From a virus (Duplodnaviria > Caudoviricetes): a stretch of DNA of 32,319 nucleotides. The notes under the pieces are model-generated. The model searched no databases. It saw only the letters and a list, made by a program, of their open reading frames with translations, and was not told the origin of the DNA. Position numbers and translations under genes: made by a program. Of the stretch, positions 25,798 through 32,319 are shown piece by piece (position 1 is the stretch's first letter; every line of letters starts with the position of its first letter). The DNA is taken from IMG/VR virus record IMGVR_UViG_3300047294_000020, positions 1-32,319 of that record, one strand, 5' to 3'.

Positions 25798-26522
25798 ATG
25801 GACCCATTTTCAGTCTCCTATTATTGGCACAAGGGGCTGTCTCTGCTATCAAGCAGGGGGTTGATTTTTTGCACCAGGGCAGGATTGCTCTTGAGTCAAC
25901 TAAGAAAACAGTTGATGGAGTGGTGGCAGACGTCAAGGCCATTAAGAATATCTTTGATTGGTTCATTGGCCTCTTCATATCAAAGCCTAAAGCTGAGACT
26001 GCAAAGCCTCTTGCAAAAACAGCAGCTAAGTCAAAGCCAAGTGCAGCCAAAGAAAAATCCTACCAGCAGCTCGAGAGTGAACTTATCAGAGACATTGGAG
26101 AAAACCTCGGACTCCTCTTTGACACCCAGCAGCAAATCAATACCTACTATGAAGAGCTTGAAGAAGACTCTAAAACCAACTATGACCCAACCCAAAACAC
26201 AAGCAAGAAAGCAATCCAAAGAGTAATCATTCAGCTCGAACTTGAAAAACTCATGGAGGCTACTCGTGAGGCGATGGTGTACAGCCCTCCGGAATGCAAG
26301 GATATGTACAGCAGATTTCTTTTGATGTACGGCAAGATTGAGCAAGAGCAGAAGTGGGCTAGAGCAGAGATGATTCGCAGGGCTAGGTTAGCTAGGTGGC
26401 GTAAAGAGCAAGATGAGATCAGGCATATTGAAATGATTAGTGGAGGCATAGCAGTGACGTTTATATCTCTAATTTTTGGGTGGCTCATGTGGCAACTACG
26501 CGTCTTGTCTGGTGGATTTTGA
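25798..26522 (+). CDS. Coiled-coil protein with C-terminal TM; frameshifted near its start
   Basis: ATG 25798 (MDPF) is out of frame with the 232-aa ORF from TTG 25824; a -1 shift in the T4 run gives MDPFFSLLLLAQGAVSAIK. Confidence 0.6.
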
Positions 26523-26677
26523 TGGCAGTCATGCTGTGCGTTGTCGTGGGTACAACAAGCATGGCATACATCGAGACTCTCTACATGAAAGCCCAGCTCA
26601 AGAAAGAGATGAAAGAGTTAAGAAAACTAAAGGCAGAGATAAAAAAAGTACAGAATCCAAATGGAACTAATGAATGA
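26522..26677 (+). CDS. 51-aa membrane-anchored coiled-coil peptide
   Basis: TGATG coupling gives start 26522 (in frame with track ORF 26480). Confidence 0.6.
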   Translation: MAVMLCVVVGTTSMAYIETLYMKAQLKKEMKELRKLKAEIKKVQNPNGTNE

Positions 26678-26898
26678 AATACGCACTGTTACTACTGCTA
26701 TTGCTCACGGCCTGCGATGACCGATATCGCTACTTCTGCCAAGACCCAAAGAACTTTGTGGCCAAACGCTGCCAGCGCCCTGATTGTCTTTTTACCCAGG
26801 ATTGTCCTGATTACCTTGTAGCCCCAGTACTGGAGAAATCAATTGTCCAACCCGCACCGATTCCAAGTCAACCGTCTTCTGACTCAGGAAGAAATTGA
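26674..26898 (+). CDS. Cys-rich lipoprotein
   Basis: MKYALLLLLLLTAC lipobox; four further Cys (YFCQDP, RCQRPDC, DCPDY). Confidence 0.8.
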   Translation: MKYALLLLLLLTACDDRYRYFCQDPKNFVAKRCQRPDCLFTQDCPDYLVAPVLEKSIVQPAPIPSQPSSDSGRN

Positions 26899-27343
26899 AA
26901 TTAGAGTTTGGGCCTTTGTGGTCCTACTTGTCACTTTCATTCTTGCTGGCATTGTGATGTTCATGCTGTACAGCCTGGCCTTTGTTGTGCAGCCGATCAA
27001 GTCTATGGCGCCCATTGACCAGGCGTTTGCCAAGATGTTGAACGACATAGTGTTATTGATAGTCGGTGGAATTGGTGGCGTGATGTCTCGCAAGGGTGTG
27101 CAGACTATTGCTGACAAGGTGTCTCAAGCAAGTAACCCAACAGCACCTACCCCGCCTGCTCCAGCTGCAGCGCCTGCTACATCTACTTGGACAGCACCAG
27201 CTGGTGGCCTGCCTGCTTGGGTAAACCCAGTGCTCGATGAAGAGTGGAGAGCTCCACCACCACCGACTACACCGCCAGACTTTATTGATCCGGCCAAGGA
27301 AGAGATCGCACAAGAGCGCTCTGCTGCGAGGACTGAGACATGA
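26843..27343 (+). CDS. Two-TM membrane protein with Pro-rich tail (holin candidate)
   Basis: Two hydrophobic helices; GGAG RBS before TTG; ATGA coupling to spanin. Confidence 0.65.
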   Translation: MSNPHRFQVNRLLTQEEIEIRVWAFVVLLVTFILAGIVMFMLYSLAFVVQPIKSMAPIDQAFAKMLNDIVLLIVGGIGGVMSRKGVQTIADKVSQASNPTAPTPPAPAAAPATSTWTAPAGGLPAWVNPVLDEEWRAPPPPTTPPDFIDPAKEEIAQERSAARTET

Positions 27344-27834
27344 TTCCAAACCCTTGGATGATTGTTGGTGCCATCGTGGTGGCTGTAAGCCTGTACTTCT
27401 ATGGCCATCACAAGGGATGGGCAGAGCGCGACGCAGAGATGCAGGCAGAGATCGCCATCAAGAATGAAGAGGCTCGCACTAAAGAGCAGGAACTAACCAA
27501 ACAACTTAACGACAATTCAACTAAATTGCAGGAGGCCAACAATGCCATTACTGAAAAACAGTCTTCTCTTGATCGTGCTATCAGGTCTGGTAGCGTGCGG
27601 CTCCCGGCCACAAGTTGTGTTCAAGCCACCCCAAGTGCCGCCGCTCCCAGCGGAGATAGCAGCAAAGCGGGAAGTCAACCTGACAGACAGGCTAACCAAG
27701 CTGCTGATGCCGACCGAGCAACCCTCGCAGCCATCGCAGAAATTGTCGCCCAGGGAGACAGGAACACAGCCCAGCTCAATGCCTGCATCGACAGCTACGC
27801 CAAAGTGATGGAGACAATAAATGTTAAACGCTGA
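27340..27834 (+). CDS. Rz-like inner-membrane spanin
   Basis: N-terminal TM, coiled coil, SGSVRL, QLNAC C-terminal motif. Confidence 0.85.
   Translation: MIPNPWMIVGAIVVAVSLYFYGHHKGWAERDAEMQAEIAIKNEEARTKEQELTKQLNDNSTKLQEANNAITEKQSSLDRAIRSGSVRLPATSCVQATPSAAAPSGDSSKAGSQPDRQANQAADADRATLAAIAEIVAQGDRNTAQLNACIDSYAKVMETINVKR
27542..27808 (+). CDS. Rz1-like outer-membrane spanin embedded in Rz
   Basis: +1 frame inside Rz; GGAGG upstream; signal peptide with LVAC lipobox; Pro-rich mature part. Confidence 0.8.
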   Translation: MPLLKNSLLLIVLSGLVACGSRPQVVFKPPQVPPLPAEIAAKREVNLTDRLTKLLMPTEQPSQPSQKLSPRETGTQPSSMPASTATPK

Positions 27835-28417
27835 GAAACTTTCTAAGCTGCACATCAGTGCCGACTGGGTTGACCCGCTCAACGAAACCTTTGAGCGCTT
27901 TGGTATCGTGACACGCAATCAGCAGGCGGTGTTCATTGGCCAGGCTAGCCATGAGTCTGGCAACTTCAAGCTGCTTGAGGAAAACCTAAACTACAAGGCT
28001 GCAACGCTGATGCGGATCTGGCCCAAGCGCTTTCCTAATTTGGAGAAGGCTAATGAGTATGCGGGAAATCCTAAGAAGATTGCAAATAGCGTCTATAGCT
28101 CGCGCATGGGTAACCGTGACGAGAATTCTGGCGACGGTTATAGGTTTCGCGGTCGCGGAATTTTTCAGCTCACTGGCCACTCAAATGTGTTCCATGCTGG
28201 CAAGGCCTTGGGTGTGGACTTTGTTAAAGATCCTGACCTTATTGCTACTCCTCGGTTTGCTGCTCTCACAGCTGGTTGGTTCTGGTCTACCCATAACCTC
28301 AATACACCAGCGGATGCCCTTGACCATGCGCGGGTGACCAAGATTATTAACGGTGGACAGATAGGCCTGGAGGATAGGATTAAACATACCCAGCAGGCCT
28401 TGTCGGTGCTAGCCTAG
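27821..28417 (+). CDS. GH19 (chitinase-like) endolysin
   Basis: FIGQASHESG, EENLNY, DGYRFRGRGIFQLTG, TKIINGG..GLEDR. Confidence 0.92.
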   Translation: MLNAEKLSKLHISADWVDPLNETFERFGIVTRNQQAVFIGQASHESGNFKLLEENLNYKAATLMRIWPKRFPNLEKANEYAGNPKKIANSVYSSRMGNRDENSGDGYRFRGRGIFQLTGHSNVFHAGKALGVDFVKDPDLIATPRFAALTAGWFWSTHNLNTPADALDHARVTKIINGGQIGLEDRIKHTQQALSVLA

Positions 28418-29361
28418 CTAGCTGCCAGCGACTCGGTACGCTTTTGGTAAGCGGCCAAGTGTCGGATGCGCTTGGTTAGATCTATCTTGAGCAGCGTCTG
28501 CTTGTTGGCCTCGCGCAGCTGGTTAAGCGCTGTGATCCGGTCTTGTGCGCTGCGCTTGCCTGCCGTGTAGGTTTTCTCTGCAAGGTTCTCATAGGCATCT
28601 TGCCAATCATCTAAGGTGGCGTGTGTGCTGAAGGGCTGCTCCTTGCCTGGCACCATCACAGCAAACCCAACATCTGCAGCTGGTGCCTGCTCTTGGATAA
28701 CCTCTGGCTCAACTGTGTCTGCCATGGCTGCCTCGATCTGTATGTGATTACTCACAGGCTCACTGGGTGAGCTTGAGATCCGATCCAGCGGGTTACGAGG
28801 TGGCGTGATGTCAACAGCTGGCTTGGCCTCATCTGGATAATCTTGTGCCTCCTCCGCTGTGATCAAGCCTTTGAGCACATCAGGGAAGGCGTCGCGCAGT
28901 GCAAAGCCGCGAGCTCGCATCTGCATCATGCGCTTGGGGTATGCCTGCCACGGTCCCTGTTTTCCCCACAGGCCAGCGCGCTTGGCGTCCTCAACCGAGA
29001 AACGCACGGTAACTGGGCTACGATTTTTTCGCTTGGCAACGCAGACAGCCACGGGGTTGGGCGTGCCCTCGTCTTCCATGGTTTCTTGCACATCTTCACA
29101 GACCGGACTGGCCTGCACCAGCGCGAGTGCAGCATCACCGTAGACCGATGGCTTGCCATTTATGACCGCGATGTTTTGCAACGCCTGCATGGGTGCCAGC
29201 CCCATCTCATAGCCCCACTGCACGCACACCAGAATATCCTGGGGCTTGCCTTGGTAGGCCTTGGGCACCATGCTGGAGTTGGCCAGCATCTCTGAGAACT
29301 GAATGGCCTCGGTGAGGGTGGCAGGAGCAAAGCCCTTGTTATTTGTCGTTGTTAATTGCAT
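28414..29361 (-). CDS. RecT-like single-strand annealing protein
   Basis: GLAPMQALQNIAVINGKPSVYGDA, AKRAGLW, WQAYPKRM..RA..FALRDAFPDVL; next to exonuclease. Confidence 0.75.
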   Translation of the reverse strand: MQLTTTNNKGFAPATLTEAIQFSEMLANSSMVPKAYQGKPQDILVCVQWGYEMGLAPMQALQNIAVINGKPSVYGDAALALVQASPVCEDVQETMEDEGTPNPVAVCVAKRKNRSPVTVRFSVEDAKRAGLWGKQGPWQAYPKRMMQMRARGFALRDAFPDVLKGLITAEEAQDYPDEAKPAVDITPPRNPLDRISSSPSEPVSNHIQIEAAMADTVEPEVIQEQAPAADVGFAVMVPGKEQPFSTHATLDDWQDAYENLAEKTYTAGKRSAQDRITALNQLREANKQTLLKIDLTKRIRHLAAYQKRTESLAAS

Positions 29362-29527
29362 GGATATCTTTCTCGGTTAAGTAGGTTTGCATGGTGGTAA
29401 AAATAAGGTTAGTCATTGCATCGACAAAGGCCTCAGCCTCTACCTCGTTGCAATCGGTGATGTTGAGCAGCTCGACCACGGCCTGCTCATAGGCGTGCCG
29501 GATCGCTGGCTTATCTGGCAGGTTCAC
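29339..29527 (-). CDS. Hypothetical protein
   Basis: Overlap-coupled between exonuclease and annealase. Confidence 0.6.
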   Translation of the reverse strand: MNLPDKPAIRHAYEQAVVELLNITDCNEVEAEAFVDAMTNLIFTTMQTYLTEKDIHAINNDK

Positions 29528-30480
29528 GACTTCACTTCCTTAATGTTGAGCGTTGACTGGCGCACAGAGTAGGCCTCTTTGGCAGGTGTCACGCGCTCTG
29601 CTGCAGCTTTGAAGTTACGCATTGGCCAGCTGATAACGTACTTGCCAGCACGGCCACGCTCTGCGTCGCCTAGTCTGATCTTGATCTGTCTCTCAGACTC
29701 CTCGATGGCGTCTTCTACTTCACGCATGGTTGCCTTGCTGGAGAGAATGGCTTGCGCCAGGTCAGCTACTGCGCTGTCGAGCTCGATCTCTTCTTTGTTG
29801 GCAAACGGGTGGATGCGGTCGAGCTCCTTGCTGGAGGCCGGTGGATACCAGTCGATGGCGCCGGTCTCACGATAGGTCTGCAGCTTGTGCTCAAAGGCCA
29901 GCACAGCTTTGATGATCTCCTTTTGTGTGTCGTGGTGTGGTGCAAAGAGGAACACGCGCAGCTCGATGCCCTGATACAGCACGCAGACAGCGCCCCACAT
30001 GTTGTTGGTCACTAGCATCTGGCCTTGCAGCTGGATGGGACCGCGTGCCAGGTGAGGGGTCTGCTCTGGCAGCGCCTTGGTTAGCTTGGCCTCGAGCACC
30101 CCTGGTCCAATGAGCTTGATGGAGTCTTGGCCAACCACATAGATGCCATTGTCTGGGTCGTGCTTGATCTCCTGGTTGTCGCCGTAGCCAATGCCGTCCA
30201 GGCTGCAGGAGAGCTTGCAGCTGCTGTGTGTGAATGCCTGGTTGATCTCTACGTCAAACTTGGTAAGCCCCAAGCGCTTGGCTGCCTCGGTCAAGATCAC
30301 AGGCTCCAAGGTATTACCCCAGCCCATGGCCTCGTTGCCAATGTCGGGGCGCTCTAGCCCTTTGATCGCGTTGATGCTGAACTGCAGCTCATCATTAGGC
30401 GTGCTGTAGTTGCTGTAGCCCATGAGGCCGGGTAAGCGCGAGGCGCTCATCTCTTTGTCGTCTGTTAGTTTGCCTGCCAT
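29524..30480 (-). CDS. YqaJ/lambda-exonuclease family nuclease
   Basis: SAS, MGWGNTLEPVI, SLDG, LEAK, QLQGQM motifs (PD-(D/E)XK). Confidence 0.88.
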   Translation of the reverse strand: MAGKLTDDKEMSASRLPGLMGYSNYSTPNDELQFSINAIKGLERPDIGNEAMGWGNTLEPVILTEAAKRLGLTKFDVEINQAFTHSSCKLSCSLDGIGYGDNQEIKHDPDNGIYVVGQDSIKLIGPGVLEAKLTKALPEQTPHLARGPIQLQGQMLVTNNMWGAVCVLYQGIELRVFLFAPHHDTQKEIIKAVLAFEHKLQTYRETGAIDWYPPASSKELDRIHPFANKEEIELDSAVADLAQAILSSKATMREVEDAIEESERQIKIRLGDAERGRAGKYVISWPMRNFKAAAERVTPAKEAYSVRQSTLNIKEVKS

Positions 30481-30780
30481 TTATAGCTCCTGTAGTTGAT
30501 AAACGCGCACAATGCGTGCGTGTGCCTGGGGATGGTTGGCCTCTGTAAAACCAATCATCTTAAATTGTTTGCCTTTGAAGACCGCTCCGAGCACTGAGGG
30601 GTGCAAGTTGGCGGGTAGTTGGATGCGCTCGCGCACATCGTTGATGCTGACGCTGCCTTGCTGGCGGCAGACTTCAGCTGCAATAGTTCTGCAGCGCGCC
30701 AGGAAGGTGGCATCACGCTGCTCAAACAGGTTGAGCTGGGCGTCGCGGATTACTTGGCCGACGTTGACTGTCATCAGCAT
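30481..30780 (-). CDS. Hypothetical protein (possible winged helix)
   Basis: VSINDVRE...HPSVLGAVF; start may be ATG 30774 by TGATG coupling. Confidence 0.65.
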   Translation of the reverse strand: MLMTVNVGQVIRDAQLNLFEQRDATFLARCRTIAAEVCRQQGSVSINDVRERIQLPANLHPSVLGAVFKGKQFKMIGFTEANHPQAHARIVRVYQLQEL

Positions 30781-30851
30781 GTGAGCCAGACAACCAGCAA
30801 GGCCACCAGGCCGAGCCAGTAGATGACTATGTCATAGAGTTGATTACGCAA
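30774..30851 (-). CDS. 25-aa hydrophobic peptide (TTG start; not in track)
   Basis: AAGGAG upstream; MRNQLYDIVIYWLGLVALLVVWLTC; fills gap and couples to next ATG. Confidence 0.5.
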   Translation of the reverse strand: MRNQLYDIVIYWLGLVALLVVWLTC

Positions 30852-31509
30852 GTGAGGTCTCCTTTAGGTTAAGACGTTTGAGAAGGTTAGATACTTGGGT
30901 TGTGCCCCAAGTAATATTGCCACGGGGCGTGGTCACTGAGCGAGCTTGCAACGCTGCAGCAATATCTCTGATGGTGCGTGCGCCGGTGATGGCGAGAATG
31001 TCACGCACGATTGGACCAACGCGCTGGCAGTAGCTGTCAGCATTGGCCTTGATGACTAGGACGCCGGCTGCGGAGCCGATCTCTGGTGTCGGGCACCCAA
31101 GTACTACACCGCGTGCTTTGGCCGCTTGTAGGGCTTGCTTGGTGCGCTTGGAGATCTCTTCACGCTCATGCTGGGCAACCACTGCGCGCACACCAAACTC
31201 TAAGGTGCCTGCGTGTGGCATGTCGGCAGCCACAATGTCTACACCAGCTTTACGCAGTGTCAACAGGAAGGCTGCATCGCGGGAGAGGCGGTCGATCTTG
31301 GCAATCAGGATGGCTGCACCATGGCGACGGCACTGCTCAAGTGCGAGCTCGAGTTGTGGGCGGTTGTCGATCTTGCCTGACTCAATCTCTGTGTACTCGC
31401 CAATGATGTCTGCTTGGTATGAGCTGACCAGCTGGCGCTGTGAGTCGAGGCCAAGGCCAGAGTGGCCCTGCTTGGCGGTTGAAACGCGGTAATAGGCTAC
31501 GTATTTCAT
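30844..31509 (-). CDS. Serine recombinase (resolvase/invertase catalytic domain)
   Basis: YYRVST with catalytic Ser, ESG..DNRPQL, KIDRLSR, EREEISKRTK..L.AAKARG..LG. Confidence 0.92.
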   Translation of the reverse strand: MKYVAYYRVSTAKQGHSGLGLDSQRQLVSSYQADIIGEYTEIESGKIDNRPQLELALEQCRRHGAAILIAKIDRLSRDAAFLLTLRKAGVDIVAADMPHAGTLEFGVRAVVAQHEREEISKRTKQALQAAKARGVVLGCPTPEIGSAAGVLVIKANADSYCQRVGPIVRDILAITGARTIRDIAAALQARSVTTPRGNITWGTTQVSNLLKRLNLKETSLA

Positions 31510-31518
31510 GGCAGCCCC

Positions 31519-31806
31519 TTACTTAGTTGAAATAAGGCGATTGGCAACCTTGATTGCGCCATCAAGTGTTTTCGCAGAGCTCAGAATATTTAATGTTCTA
31601 GCACCACGAATGATAAATGGGCGAGATCTTTCCTCGTATCCCCAGTTGCCTACATCACGGCCTCTGCTGTAGTCAATATATAAAGAATCGCAACGCTCTT
31701 GTAAATTGTGGCAAAAAGATTGCCATGGCTTAACTAGGGATTCAAGGCCTGCTGGTACTTGACCTGTGATTGCAGCTGCTGTGCTAATGATGATATGTTT
31801 TTTCAT
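31519..31806 (-). CDS. AT-rich hypothetical early protein
   Basis: AAAGGAG RBS; first gene of leftward operon. Confidence 0.7.
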   Translation of the reverse strand: MKKHIIISTAAAITGQVPAGLESLVKPWQSFCHNLQERCDSLYIDYSRGRDVGNWGYEERSRPFIIRGARTLNILSSAKTLDGAIKVANRLISTK

Positions 31807-31939
31807 GTTTAACTCCTTTAGGCTTTATCTGCCCGTTGAACATGAACGTATGTTACACGACATTTGTATATCGGTTTTCTAGGGAGTTTCCCTAGTGCTA
31901 CTTCTTGATTGATATCGCGGTGATATACACTCGGCGCCT
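31807..31939. promoter_or_regulatory. Divergent control region
   Basis: Between divergent operons; IR CTAGGGA-gtt-TCCCTAG 31879-31895; IR ATATC-gcggt-GATAT 31912-31926; -10-like TACACT (+, 31926-31931) and TAACAT (-, 31850-31855). Confidence 0.7.
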
Positions 31940-32134
31940 ATGAAACCCAAACTCAAACCTTTTATGATGCGGCTGCACCCACTCACGCGGGAGCTGTTAG
32001 ACAAGGCGGCTGCCGACCAGGGGCGCAGTGTGTCGTCTTTGATTGACCAGAGTGTGCGCGAGCAGCTGCAACCCAAGTACGGCGAGTTGCAACCCAGACT
32101 GCAGCGCTTTCTCTCTGGAGTGCGCCAGCCATGA
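31940..32134 (+). CDS. Ribbon-helix-helix (Arc/CopG-like) DNA-binding protein
   Basis: Beta strand PFMMRL followed by helices LLDKAAADQGRSVSSLIDQSV. Confidence 0.75.
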   Translation: MKPKLKPFMMRLHPLTRELLDKAAADQGRSVSSLIDQSVREQLQPKYGELQPRLQRFLSGVRQP

Positions 32135-32307
32135 CTTATGAAGAGGCAGTGCGCTTGCTGGCCAGAGTGCGTGAAGGCATCTACTACCCTGTGGAGCTGG
32201 TTTCCGAGGCCTTGGCCATGACTGGCGACAGGGACTACGACTACCAGGTGCCACCTGCAGACATGATTGATTTTGTGCAGAACTTACGCAGAGCGGGGCA
32301 GCTATGA
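32131..32307 (+). CDS. 58-aa hypothetical protein crossing into the terminal repeat
   Basis: MTYEEAVRLLARVREG...ALAMTGD; ATGA coupling to the RHH gene and to the RuvC-like start. Confidence 0.75.
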   Translation: MTYEEAVRLLARVREGIYYPVELVSEALAMTGDRDYDYQVPPADMIDFVQNLRRAGQL

Positions 32308-32318
32308 GTGAAACAATA
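32193..32318 (+). repeat. Terminal direct repeat, right copy
   Basis: Identical to 1-126. Confidence 0.95.
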
Positions 32319-32319
32319 C

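Larger units (their letters stand above)
1..32319. mobile_element. Complete circular podovirus-type bacteriophage genome
   Basis: Terminal direct repeat; full terminase-portal-scaffold-capsid-tail-lysis set; no host housekeeping genes. Confidence 0.95.

Noticed and set aside
29508-29520. 13-nt match GGCTTATCTGGCA to capsid leader 10801-10813
   Set aside because: Several 13-nt matches are expected by chance in 32 kb; this copy is in coding sequence
28843-31492. + strand ORFs over the leftward operon
   Set aside because: Antisense shadows of well-supported - strand genes
31940-32307. Toxin-antitoxin pair (RHH plus 58-aa ORF)
   Set aside because: Downstream peptide shows no recognisable toxin motif; a phage regulator role is simpler

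Overview
The window is an apparently complete, circular genome (about 32.19 kb; bases 1-126 recur at 32193-32318) of a tailed dsDNA podovirus-type phage with a T7/BPP-1-like virion module. It infects a Gram-negative host (Rz/Rz1 spanins present); a freshwater betaproteobacterial host is my inference only. The + strand carries an RHH regulator, RuvC-like resolvase, zinc-ribbon protein, HTH replication initiator with an internal origin, SSB-like protein, terminases, small pre-portal proteins, portal, scaffold, major capsid, tail tubes A/B, four ejection proteins, a mosaic tail fibre with an S74 chaperone, an extended membrane/lysis cassette and a GH19 endolysin. The - strand carries a serine recombinase, a YqaJ-type exonuclease and a RecT-like annealase. 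I see no RNA or DNA polymerase, helicase, CI-type repressor, tRNA, CRISPR or DGR. The best leads are: (1) an ORF-free 586-nt structured region between scaffold and capsid, including a small RNA with a 7-nt loop-bulge pairing; (2) an ejection-module protein with pre-toxin-like helices and an HhH-GPD glycosylase-like domain; (3) a 17-bp motif shared by the control region and a virion-gene promoter; (4) a frameshifted gene start at 25798-25826; (5) identical DNA repeats separating tail-fibre modules. Family assignments come from motif recognition; no database search was run.
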